A program made the translations under genes and the position numbers. Shown piece after piece: positions 29,773 to 38,473 of a stretch of DNA of 64,000 bases (position 1 is its first letter; each line of letters begins with the position of its first letter). Source of the stretch: Candidatus Nanohalarchaeota archaeon. GTDB lineage: Archaea; EX4484-52; B79-G9. The notes under the pieces are model-generated. The model had not been told where the DNA came from. It worked only from the letters and a program-made list of their open reading frames with translations, and searched no databases. The DNA is taken from assembly GCA_030634545.1 (NCBI GenBank), contig DAOWAN010000001.1, positions 15,010 through 79,009 on the forward strand. The letters run 5' to 3'.

Positions 29773-31200
29773 ATGAAAGTCGCTCTAATATTCCCACCAT
29801 ACAAACACAAAAAGTTTGCAGAAAACGTGAATGTAGTTGATGAAGAATTCGGGTGTTATCCACCTCTTGCACTTGCCTATACTGCCGCGATTTTAGAAAA
29901 TAAAAAACATGATGTCATCATTATTGATTCTAATGCACTTAGCATCTCTAAAGAAGAGACACTTGAAAAACTAAAAAAATTCAATCCGGATGTCATTAGC
30001 TTTAATCTCCATTCAGTCTATTCCTTCTTTGACACACTCGAATGGATAAGATACTTTAAGCAAAACACAAAACTGCCGATAGTAGCTGGCGGAAACATTG
30101 TACCTGTCTATCCACGCGAAATCATGAAATACAATGTGATTGACTACATTGTTTTGGATAATTCCCTGAAATCCCTGCCAAAACTGCTCTATGCACTGGA
30201 TAACAAAAAGACATACAATAAAATAAAGGGAATAGGCTACAGAAAGAATAACAGCACTATTGTAATCAATAAATCAGATGCAAAAGATTATTACTGCAAT
30301 CTGGACGAACTTTTCATGCCGGCAAGGCATCTTCTGCCAAACGACAAATATTACTCTTTTATATCAAAGAAAAAGAATTTCACGATAATGCTCACTTCAA
30401 GAGGCTGTCCTTACAATTGTGTTTTTTGTGCAATCAGGAAAGACAAGTATTTACAGAGAAACCCAAAGAAAGTAGTGGATGAGATTGAGATATGCATAAA
30501 AAAGCATGGTATCAGAGAAATAGATTTTTTTGATGCAACATTTACTGCAAATAAAAAATGGGTTTCACGTTTCTGCGCTGAAATAAAAAAAAGAAATCTG
30601 GTAGTTGACTGGTCATGCAGGACACGCGTAGATTGTGTAGATGACAAACTTCTCTACACAATGGCAAATGTAGGATGCAAAAGAATATACTACGGCATTG
30701 AATCAGCAGATGAGGAAGTACTTAACTCCATATCAAAAGAGATATCTTTTTCACAGGTAAAAAAAGCCATCATCCTCACAAAGAAACATGGCATCAAAGC
30801 ACTCGGCTTCTTTATGATTGGAAATCCAAATGATACAAAAAAATCAGTTGAAAAGACAATTCAACTTGCAAAAGGACTTAGTCTGGACTATGTACAGTTT
30901 TCAAGGACAATACCAAAACCAGGCACCGATCTGGAAAAGGAATTATCTGGCGCTGACAGTGATTACTGGAGAAATTACATTAAAGGCATTGTACCAGAGA
31001 GAAGAATCAAGACAAATTATTGCAAATTAAGTGACAAAGAAATAGAATACTATACTAAAAAAGCATATATTACATTCTACTTGAGACCAAAATACGTTTA
31101 TCATACACTAGGTGAAATCCGCTCATATCATGAGTTCAAAAGATACATAAAAGCCGGTCTGTTCATGATTATGTCTTTTTTCTCATCTGACAATTCGTAG
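29773..31200 (+). CDS. B12-binding-domain radical SAM enzyme (class B type)
   Basis: An N-terminal Rossmann-like B12-binding segment (KVALIFPPY...HDVIIIDSN) is followed by MLTSRGCPYNCVFCA (CxxxCxxC). Confidence 0.8.
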   Translation: MKVALIFPPYKHKKFAENVNVVDEEFGCYPPLALAYTAAILENKKHDVIIIDSNALSISKEETLEKLKKFNPDVISFNLHSVYSFFDTLEWIRYFKQNTKLPIVAGGNIVPVYPREIMKYNVIDYIVLDNSLKSLPKLLYALDNKKTYNKIKGIGYRKNNSTIVINKSDAKDYYCNLDELFMPARHLLPNDKYYSFISKKKNFTIMLTSRGCPYNCVFCAIRKDKYLQRNPKKVVDEIEICIKKHGIREIDFFDATFTANKKWVSRFCAEIKKRNLVVDWSCRTRVDCVDDKLLYTMANVGCKRIYYGIESADEEVLNSISKEISFSQVKKAIILTKKHGIKALGFFMIGNPNDTKKSVEKTIQLAKGLSLDYVQFSRTIPKPGTDLEKELSGADSDYWRNYIKGIVPERRIKTNYCKLSDKEIEYYTKKAYITFYLRPKYVYHTLGEIRSYHEFKRYIKAGLFMIMSFFSSDNS

Positions 31201-32263
31201 AACCAGACTGCTTGCATTTTACAAGCATTTTATCAGACTTATTCATGAAAAATGCACCGATTATTGCAGGATAGATATAATCTATCACAGATATCAAAAG
31301 ACCTGCACCAAGAAGTGATTCATAAGATGCATAATTTGCGAAGAATATAAGAATCAAGCTTTCTCTTGCTCCGAAACCGGATATTGTAAGTGGCAGTTGA
31401 CAGAGGATAATTGTTATACTCATAAAGAGCACATATTCTATGAATGGTATATAAATGCCAACTGAAAGAAAGATGATATAATAATTTACAATTATCAAAA
31501 GCTTATTCAAAAAACAATATACAGAGATCTTAAATATATTTTTGTATGCACCCCCACATTTCATATTAATTGATGATACATATGATAATTTAGAAACAAC
31601 TTTCTTTAGATGGCACGATTTTTCAATCACATTTAGAATAAACTGTTCTATCCATTTTCTCTTGAGTATGACAATAAAAAACGTAAGAAATAAAATACAG
31701 ACTATTATCAGTTGATTAACTGAGGATACTAAAATAAATGAACTAACAAGAATTATCAGAATTATATTTATTATACCCATGATGAGATGAAGTGTAACAG
31801 ATGCTGCTGAAATTTTTATAGGTATATTATTATATTTTTTGAGATATATGGATTTTACAAAGTGACCCAGTTTTAGCGGTATAACAGTTAGTACAGGGAT
31901 AACTGATGCATTAATGATTATGGATTCCCTGTAAGTTATATTATACCCAAATTGTTTCAATATCTGCATCCACACATGTGAACTAAATATTATATTTGTA
32001 CATACAGATATCACAAGACTAAGTAAAATCAGAAGAATATTTGCACCAGTTACAACTTCTATTGTTTGACCAATATTTACTTTAGAGAATATTATCCAAA
32101 ATATAGCAATTGTTATTAGTAATGTGATTAGTGTTCTATAAATGATTTTTGATTGTCTGGTAATATTAAGCATATGACGACAATCAAAAAGCTTGGGATT
32201 CATAAATTTTAACCAATATCCAATGATTTTTGATTTTTGCAATTGCATTATAAATAACAACAT
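31169..32263 (-). CDS. polytopic membrane protein, flippase-like (lysyl-PG-synthase TM-region/UPF0104-like)
   Basis: 364 aa with about 8 hydrophobic helices. It lies directly downstream of the DPM1-like GT2. The family call is tentative. Its 3' end overlaps the convergent B12-rSAM gene by 32 nt. Confidence 0.45.
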   Translation of the reverse strand: MLLFIMQLQKSKIIGYWLKFMNPKLFDCRHMLNITRQSKIIYRTLITLLITIAIFWIIFSKVNIGQTIEVVTGANILLILLSLVISVCTNIIFSSHVWMQILKQFGYNITYRESIIINASVIPVLTVIPLKLGHFVKSIYLKKYNNIPIKISAASVTLHLIMGIINIILIILVSSFILVSSVNQLIIVCILFLTFFIVILKRKWIEQFILNVIEKSCHLKKVVSKLSYVSSINMKCGGAYKNIFKISVYCFLNKLLIIVNYYIIFLSVGIYIPFIEYVLFMSITIILCQLPLTISGFGARESLILIFFANYASYESLLGAGLLISVIDYIYPAIIGAFFMNKSDKMLVKCKQSGSTNCQMRKKT

Positions 32264-32269
32264 GTGATT

Positions 32270-33010
32270 TCAGTATTGATTATTTTTAAGTAATCTTCGA
32301 ATATACAGTTTCATGAGCATTTTTATGTTCCCAATAAGGTCATTCGTACTGTATTTCGGTCTTCCTGCTCTTCGCTTGCTGAATATAATCGGTATTTCTC
32401 TTATATTACATTTTTTGTCGATGAATTCAAAGAGAATTGCCACCTGAAACGAGAAATCATCAGGAAGCACATCAAGATTTACCTTATTTATTGCGCTTTT
32501 CTTGTATAGCCTATATCCACTTGTGATATCCCTGACATTTGATTTCAAGAAGAATTTATATAGCATTGACCCAATAATAGGAAATATTTTTCTCACATAG
32601 GCATCGTTTCTCTCGCCACCGCGTATAAATCTTGAGCCAATTACAACATCAGAACCATTCTCCATGGCTTTCATAAAGCACATTATTTCCTTCGGATCAT
32701 GAGAAAAGTCTGCATCCATTTCCATGAGATATGTACCTTTTGCTTTTTTAAATCCATATTTATATGCACTGCCAATACCTTCCTTTCTGAGACGCGTATA
32801 TAGCCGTATATTTTGGTCAGTATTGCATTTTGTACTTTTAATAATCTTTTTTACAACATCAGAAGTACCATCTGGCGAATTATCATCAATTATCAATATC
32901 TCATAGCTAATCATCTCACTTTGCATGACTGCCTGTATTTTAGTAATAATCCCTTTGATGTTCTCACATTCATTATATGTTGGAATTATTATAGATATCA
33001 TGGTTTTCAC
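32270..33010 (-). CDS. GT2 polyprenyl/dolichyl-phosphate hexosyltransferase (DPM1-like)
   Basis: Motifs are ISIIIPTYNECENI, IIDDNSPDGT and MEMDADFSHDP, as in dolichol-phosphate mannose/glucose synthases. Confidence 0.85.
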   Translation of the reverse strand: MKTMISIIIPTYNECENIKGIITKIQAVMQSEMISYEILIIDDNSPDGTSDVVKKIIKSTKCNTDQNIRLYTRLRKEGIGSAYKYGFKKAKGTYLMEMDADFSHDPKEIMCFMKAMENGSDVVIGSRFIRGGERNDAYVRKIFPIIGSMLYKFFLKSNVRDITSGYRLYKKSAINKVNLDVLPDDFSFQVAILFEFIDKKCNIREIPIIFSKRRAGRPKYSTNDLIGNIKMLMKLYIRRLLKNNQY

Positions 33011-34002
33011 GTTATGACTCTGACAGGAGTAAGTGCACTAAGTCTGAATGCCATCAGATAGCTTAATTCCAGTGACCCACAGAACCCACACCCACTGCAT
33101 TTGACACCAGGCATATGATCAAACGCTTTCTTAAACCCACCACCCGGTCCAGCACAATTGTATACTTTTTCTGTATACTCTATCCTGTCGCAAGGTATCA
33201 CATCTCCATTTGGCTGTACCATGCAAAATATTCTGCCAGCAGCACAGGTTATATTTTCGTATCGCGGCCAGTTATAGATGTGATTCAACCCATCAACAGT
33301 ATTTCGTATGTGTATATTGCCCTCTCCTTTTAGTTGAATCAGCTTTTCAATGCATTTTTTGAAATCTTCTTTTGATGGAGATATAGAACCCATACCTTTT
33401 TTACCTCTATATAGTTCCTTAAGTGGCTGTAAAGCTACAACTGTATTGAACTGGCGCGCTTTCTCAAGAATAAAGTCAATATGACCAATATTATGCTTCG
33501 TAAGTGTTGTCGCAAATGTGAACCGTATATTATTCTTTTTGCATACTTCAGCAGCCCCTATTACCGCATCATATGTATTCCCGCCCCTGATCATCTCATG
33601 GACATTTTTTGGTCCGTCCAGACTGAGTTTGATAAGATCCAGATTTCTGATCTCTCCTACCTTTTCACTCACAAGCGAACCATTCGAGTTCATACTGACA
33701 GAGATATCCTTAGTCTTACAGTAATCTATGATTTTCCCGATATCTTTCCTAAGCAATGGCTCGCCGCCGCTGAATGATATCCTCTGCGTACCGAGTTTTG
33801 ACATCTCGTCAATGACCGAGAATATTCGTCTTGTTGACAGTTCTTTTGAAGAATCTGCAGGAGCGCACCATAAATTGCAGTACAGACACTGCTGATTACA
33901 TCTGCTCGTCAGATTCCAGCGAACCGCAAGAGGCGTCTTTTTATTGAACACTTTTGCGCCTGCAATTGCCATACCGGACTTTATTTTATTTTTTAGTTTC
34001 AT
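33007..34002 (-). CDS. radical SAM/SPASM-like enzyme, paralog 1
   Basis: Motifs are NLTSRCNQQCLYCNLW (CxxxCxxC) and FSGGEPLL. C-terminal auxiliary Cys motifs are CAAGRIFCMVQPNGDVIPCD and CSGCGFCGS. The ATGA start/stop overlaps the downstream GT2 gene. Confidence 0.8.
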   Translation of the reverse strand: MKLKNKIKSGMAIAGAKVFNKKTPLAVRWNLTSRCNQQCLYCNLWCAPADSSKELSTRRIFSVIDEMSKLGTQRISFSGGEPLLRKDIGKIIDYCKTKDISVSMNSNGSLVSEKVGEIRNLDLIKLSLDGPKNVHEMIRGGNTYDAVIGAAEVCKKNNIRFTFATTLTKHNIGHIDFILEKARQFNTVVALQPLKELYRGKKGMGSISPSKEDFKKCIEKLIQLKGEGNIHIRNTVDGLNHIYNWPRYENITCAAGRIFCMVQPNGDVIPCDRIEYTEKVYNCAGPGGGFKKAFDHMPGVKCSGCGFCGSLELSYLMAFRLSALTPVRVIT

Positions 34003-35587
34003 TCAACCCACCAGATGATTCTGCACCAGGTATTATTTCGTATATCTTATATCTGTCACCAGAGTAATATAGTTCTTTATCATAGTCTTTTATGACTTCA
34101 CAGAAGCGCACATAATAGTTCAATTTACAATGTTCTTCAAATTCATCTTCAAAATCAATAAGATATATGTTGCATTTTGTATTGCTGTTATTGCAGACAT
34201 TTAAAATAGGTATAGCCCCCTCATTGTGGAGCTGCCATGCAGTATGTACGTTTTGTGGTGGATAATCCCGATATAGGAGTTCAAATGCATTCTTTGATTG
34301 CGGGTCAACAAATATCAGATAGCTATATGATTTATTTGTATTATTGAATATCGCATATATCTCTGGTAGTCTTAAGTCAGTCCAGCGCAGTGGTTGAGCA
34401 ACAAAATATTTGCAGTCTCCCATGGGTTTCTGGCACTCTATTGTTATGTATAACGCTGACATGAGTACAATTACTGCCAAAATGAGAGATACAATATTTT
34501 TATATTTTGTTTTAAGGAGTTTTGAAACCGAGTATGATTCTAAAATAATAAATGGCAGTACGAAAAATAAAAAGTATCTGGTCCCGATGTGTTTATTTAG
34601 AATGAAAGGTATCAGAACTATCGAGAGCCACAATATTAAAAAAAGTATCTGTTCACGGATTCTTATAATGACCTTTTTATCTAATAGATATAAGACAGGC
34701 AGAGTCAACATGAGAAATGTTATGTGAAAATTGTATTGAAATATTTCCAGCAGCGAGATAATATTTTTAGTCAGATATGTTGCGCCGAATTGTCCTTCAT
34801 AAAAATTTTCATGCGTTATCTCCGCAATATAAGGCAAAGTAAGTAAAATGCATAAAATAGCATATATACAGATATACATCTTATTTTGCATCTTGATTGG
34901 ACTTTTTTTGTGGATAAAATATAGAATCAACACCAATAGCAGGATAGTTTCTTCTTTTTTTATCAGACCGCAAAAGAGTATTGAAATATATGTCAGAAAA
35001 TACATCTGAGGCTCTTTTGACTTCACAGAAAGCAGGATAAGTATCAGACTGAGCATTATAAAGAAAGATGTAGTTATTTCCACTCCATGCGTACCAGAAA
35101 AGAAGATATGCCATGGAAGCAAACAAAGAATAAGTGCACTCACCATTGCCGCTTTTATATCCTTGAATAACAGATATGTAAGCAGAAACAGCATTATGAT
35201 AGAGAGACTGCCGATAATCATATCAAATAAATGCGATGAGAAGACTATATCCCCAGTCAATGAATATATTGGTGATATGAGAAGCGAGTATCCGCGCGTA
35301 TCCAATGCCGCAGGTATTTTTTGATCTTCTGATATATATATAACAGCATCCCTATGCGACCAGACAGAGACACCGGTAATTGTTTGCATTGGAGAATATG
35401 CGAAGCGCAGGATGAAACCGAAAACAGTTATGATAAGTAAGATAGCCAATGTTTTTTTGCTTATTTTTCTGTACTCGCTTGTAATTATTTTATGGTTTTT
35501 CAAAAGGAAGACAATTAATAGAGAAAAAACAAGGATATAGTAATACATTCTTGTTGCAGGGTCCAGAAAAAAAAGATTATAAGGCAT
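33986..35587 (-). CDS. large polytopic membrane protein, GT-C-like (GT39/ArnT-type candidate), paralog 1
   Basis: 533 aa with about 11-13 TM helices and a soluble C-terminal domain. It is clearly paralogous to 35649..37217 and 38474..40216 (shared FFLD..TRMYYY, TRGYSLL.SP.YSLTG, LLPWHIFFSGT and KSKEP segments). Confidence 0.5.
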   Translation of the reverse strand: MPYNLFFLDPATRMYYYILVFSLLIVFLLKNHKIITSEYRKISKKTLAILLIITVFGFILRFAYSPMQTITGVSVWSHRDAVIYISEDQKIPAALDTRGYSLLISPIYSLTGDIVFSSHLFDMIIGSLSIIMLFLLTYLLFKDIKAAMVSALILCLLPWHIFFSGTHGVEITTSFFIMLSLILILLSVKSKEPQMYFLTYISILFCGLIKKEETILLLVLILYFIHKKSPIKMQNKMYICIYAILCILLTLPYIAEITHENFYEGQFGATYLTKNIISLLEIFQYNFHITFLMLTLPVLYLLDKKVIIRIREQILFLILWLSIVLIPFILNKHIGTRYFLFFVLPFIILESYSVSKLLKTKYKNIVSLILAVIVLMSALYITIECQKPMGDCKYFVAQPLRWTDLRLPEIYAIFNNTNKSYSYLIFVDPQSKNAFELLYRDYPPQNVHTAWQLHNEGAIPILNVCNNSNTKCNIYLIDFEDEFEEHCKLNYYVRFCEVIKDYDKELYYSGDRYKIYEIIPGAESSGGLNETKK

Positions 35588-35648
35588 TATACTTATAATA
35601 GCCTCTCATTTTTTTATATCTCTCATAAAATATTGTATTGATTGCTTT

Positions 35649-37217
35649 TTATTGTGTGATGTTTGCATAATGATATATTTCATATATATCTCCAGAATAA
35701 TATAGTTCTCTTTTACGATCTATAAGTATTTCTTCAGCAAGTTGCAGGTCAATATCATCTTCAAAGAAAATAAGATAGATGTTATAGTTTCCGTATTGGT
35801 TCACAGCTTTATCCTCAATACAGCCCTCGTCAGAGATAGTTTGGCTATTATAGTATTTCCATGCTTCACCATCATCCAATACAATGTATGGATGACAATT
35901 GCCATAAAGAGTAATATACGCTTCCTTTGCCTGATTGTCCAGAAACAAGACCAGCATATCTTCCTTGTTTGTATTATTTAATATCGCATGTATCTTGGAT
36001 AATTTTGTGTCAGTTTTTTCCAGAGGTTGTGCTATAAGGTATTTACAGTTACTGTTTTCTGCGCATTCTGAATAGACATATGTAACAGAAAAAAGAAGCG
36101 CAGCCACTAAAATCAGGGATGTCTGTATTTTATACTTTGTCTTTAAAAGACCTGATATTGCAAATGATCCGAGTATTATGAAGGGCACTAAAAAGAATAC
36201 AAAATATCTGGTATGTATATCTCTATGAATCAGGAAAGGAATTATAGTTATTGAAAACCATAAGACTAAAAATAATATCTTTTCACTCTTTTTGATAATT
36301 ATTTTTTTGTTTACCACATACAGAACAATAGGTGCAAGCATAAGCAATATAATGTAGAAATTGTATTTGAATATTTCTAGTATAGATATTACGTTTTGAC
36401 TTATGTAACCTGATTCTAATAGCCCTTCCTCAATCTTACCATGCAGTGCATCAATTATGAATGGTAAAAATAGCACAGCAGCTGTAAGTAAATATGTAAT
36501 TACATGATATTTTCTTTGCATTTTTACCGGGTTCTTTTTGATAAGAAAATAGATGATAAAAACAATAAGCAAAATCATTTGTTCTTTTCTTACCAGAGCG
36601 CAGAACAATAATGATATAAATGCAAGAAAGTAAATGTCTGGTTCCTTTGACTTAATCGAGAGGAATATCAATATAATAGAGAGCATTCCAAAAAATGACG
36701 CTGTTATCTCCATACCGTGCGTACCTGAAAAGAAGATATGCCATGGAAGCAGGCAGAGTATGAATGCACTAATCATCGCCGCTTTCTGGTCTTTGAAGAG
36801 TAAGTATGTGAGCAGGAATAGCATTATGACAGAGAGACTGCCTACTACAATGTCAAAAGTATGCGCAGACCATACTATGTCCCCAGTTAATGAATATAGT
36901 GGAGACATTAAAAGAGAGTATCCTCTCGTGTGCATTTCTGAGCGTATAATCTGTTCTTCAGATATTTTTACAGCAGCATACCTATTGGACCAGACTGAAA
37001 CATTTGTTATTGTCTGCATAGGTGTAAACGCGAGGCGCAGTATAAACCCAATAAGGACTATGATAATTAGTGCATACCATGTTTTTTTGCTTATTTTCGT
37101 GTATTCAGTTGCGATTAATTTATGATTTTTAAAAAGAAGCATAACTAACAGAATGAAAATAAGCATATAATAGTACATTCTCGTTGAGTTTTCAAGAGAA
37201 AAAAAATCAATTATCAT
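35649..37217 (-). CDS. large polytopic membrane protein, GT-C-like, paralog 2
   Basis: 522 aa with the same conserved blocks as paralogs 1 and 3. Confidence 0.5.
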   Translation of the reverse strand: MIIDFFSLENSTRMYYYMLIFILLVMLLFKNHKLIATEYTKISKKTWYALIIIVLIGFILRLAFTPMQTITNVSVWSNRYAAVKISEEQIIRSEMHTRGYSLLMSPLYSLTGDIVWSAHTFDIVVGSLSVIMLFLLTYLLFKDQKAAMISAFILCLLPWHIFFSGTHGMEITASFFGMLSIILIFLSIKSKEPDIYFLAFISLLFCALVRKEQMILLIVFIIYFLIKKNPVKMQRKYHVITYLLTAAVLFLPFIIDALHGKIEEGLLESGYISQNVISILEIFKYNFYIILLMLAPIVLYVVNKKIIIKKSEKILFLVLWFSITIIPFLIHRDIHTRYFVFFLVPFIILGSFAISGLLKTKYKIQTSLILVAALLFSVTYVYSECAENSNCKYLIAQPLEKTDTKLSKIHAILNNTNKEDMLVLFLDNQAKEAYITLYGNCHPYIVLDDGEAWKYYNSQTISDEGCIEDKAVNQYGNYNIYLIFFEDDIDLQLAEEILIDRKRELYYSGDIYEIYHYANITQ

Positions 37218-37236
37218 CGTATCATCAATCAGCTTA

Positions 37237-38196
37237 TTACTTTTTTAAATACTTTATAAACAAAGCGATTTTTAGTTGAAAAAGCAGATTTAATTCAACA
37301 TTTCCAAAACAATTACATCTGCTGCATACAGGAAAATTAAGTTCTTGAAATCCCTTAAGGAACCCACCTCTGACATTAGGAGGATTCTCTCTGTTATTGC
37401 TTCTACTGCATGCATACATGCTTCCGTCAGGTTCTATCCTGCAAAATATTTTACCTGCACTGCAATTATTGTAATTAAAACCCTCAGGCTTGATAAAATG
37501 TCTTAGGCAATCTGTTGAGTTCATCACATTTTTTTCCTGAGTTAGCTTTCTAATTGCATCTGTAAACTTCTTTTTTTCAGGAATTATGTTTTTAACACCC
37601 TTAGCTGAAAATGTATATGTGTCTACAGGTTGGAAGAGAACACCGACATCCATATCTCTTGCAATTTTCAAGACCTCGTCAAGATGTTCAACATTGTACT
37701 TTGTTATCACAGTTGTGATGTCTACGTTTAAGCCATGCTCTTTTGCAGTCCGGATACCTTCAATTGTTTTTTTGTATGTTCCTTTCCCGCGATGTATTTC
37801 ATGTATCGACTTATCACCGTCAAGACTTATTGAAAGACGATTCAATGGCATTATGTCATCAATTTTTCTCTTCACAAGAGAGCCATTAGAGTTCATTGTG
37901 ACATAAATTTTGCATTCCCTTGCATATTGTATTATTTGTCCTATATCTTCTCTTAATAACGGTTCTCCACCTGTCAGAGAGAGTACTGCTGTCTTTGCAT
38001 TTTTCATTTCTTTGATTAGTCTTAAGATTTCATCTGTTGAAAGTTCATCAGGATTGTTTTTCCATACAGCACAGTACTTGCATGTATAATTACAGCGCCA
38101 CGTTAAAACACAACTGACAATGACAGGAATTTTTTCCTTAAAGAACTTTGCTCTTAGAATTCCTGTCCCTGCACGCAATTTATTTATGAGAGCCAT
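37237..38196 (-). CDS. radical SAM/SPASM-like enzyme, paralog 2
   Basis: Motifs are VLTWRCNYTCKYCAVW and LTGGEPLL. The C-terminal motifs are CSAGKIFCRIEPDGSMYAC and CSRCNCFGN. It is a paralog of 33007..34002. Confidence 0.8.
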   Translation of the reverse strand: MALINKLRAGTGILRAKFFKEKIPVIVSCVLTWRCNYTCKYCAVWKNNPDELSTDEILRLIKEMKNAKTAVLSLTGGEPLLREDIGQIIQYARECKIYVTMNSNGSLVKRKIDDIMPLNRLSISLDGDKSIHEIHRGKGTYKKTIEGIRTAKEHGLNVDITTVITKYNVEHLDEVLKIARDMDVGVLFQPVDTYTFSAKGVKNIIPEKKKFTDAIRKLTQEKNVMNSTDCLRHFIKPEGFNYNNCSAGKIFCRIEPDGSMYACSRSNNRENPPNVRGGFLKGFQELNFPVCSRCNCFGNVELNLLFQLKIALFIKYLKK

Positions 38197-38357
38197 ATCT
38201 TATCTTTATTGTAAGACATATTTAAAATCTTAGCTCTGCTATCTCTTAGACTCTCTTACTTTCAACATCATGATTTCACAGATATAGAATCTATTGACGC
38301 TATGAAATTCAGACATATCACTCAAATTGTCGGATTTACGAGATTTTATGATACAAG

Positions 38358-38441
38358 TCACCCGTAACGATATATCTCATATTTACCCCCGGGATAATAC
38401 ATTCTCGCATGAGTATCCAGAAAAAAGATATCCATTATCAT
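38358..38441 (-). pseudogene. 27-codon relic of a collapsed GT-C-like paralog
   Basis: It translates as MIMDIFFLDTHARMYYPGGKYEIYRYG*. This is the paralog-family N-terminus (FFLD.ATRMYYY) joined directly to the family C-terminus (YSGD.YEIY.Y). Confidence 0.5.
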
Positions 38442-38473
38442 AATATTTGCACCAAAAAACAATAACCATCCAT

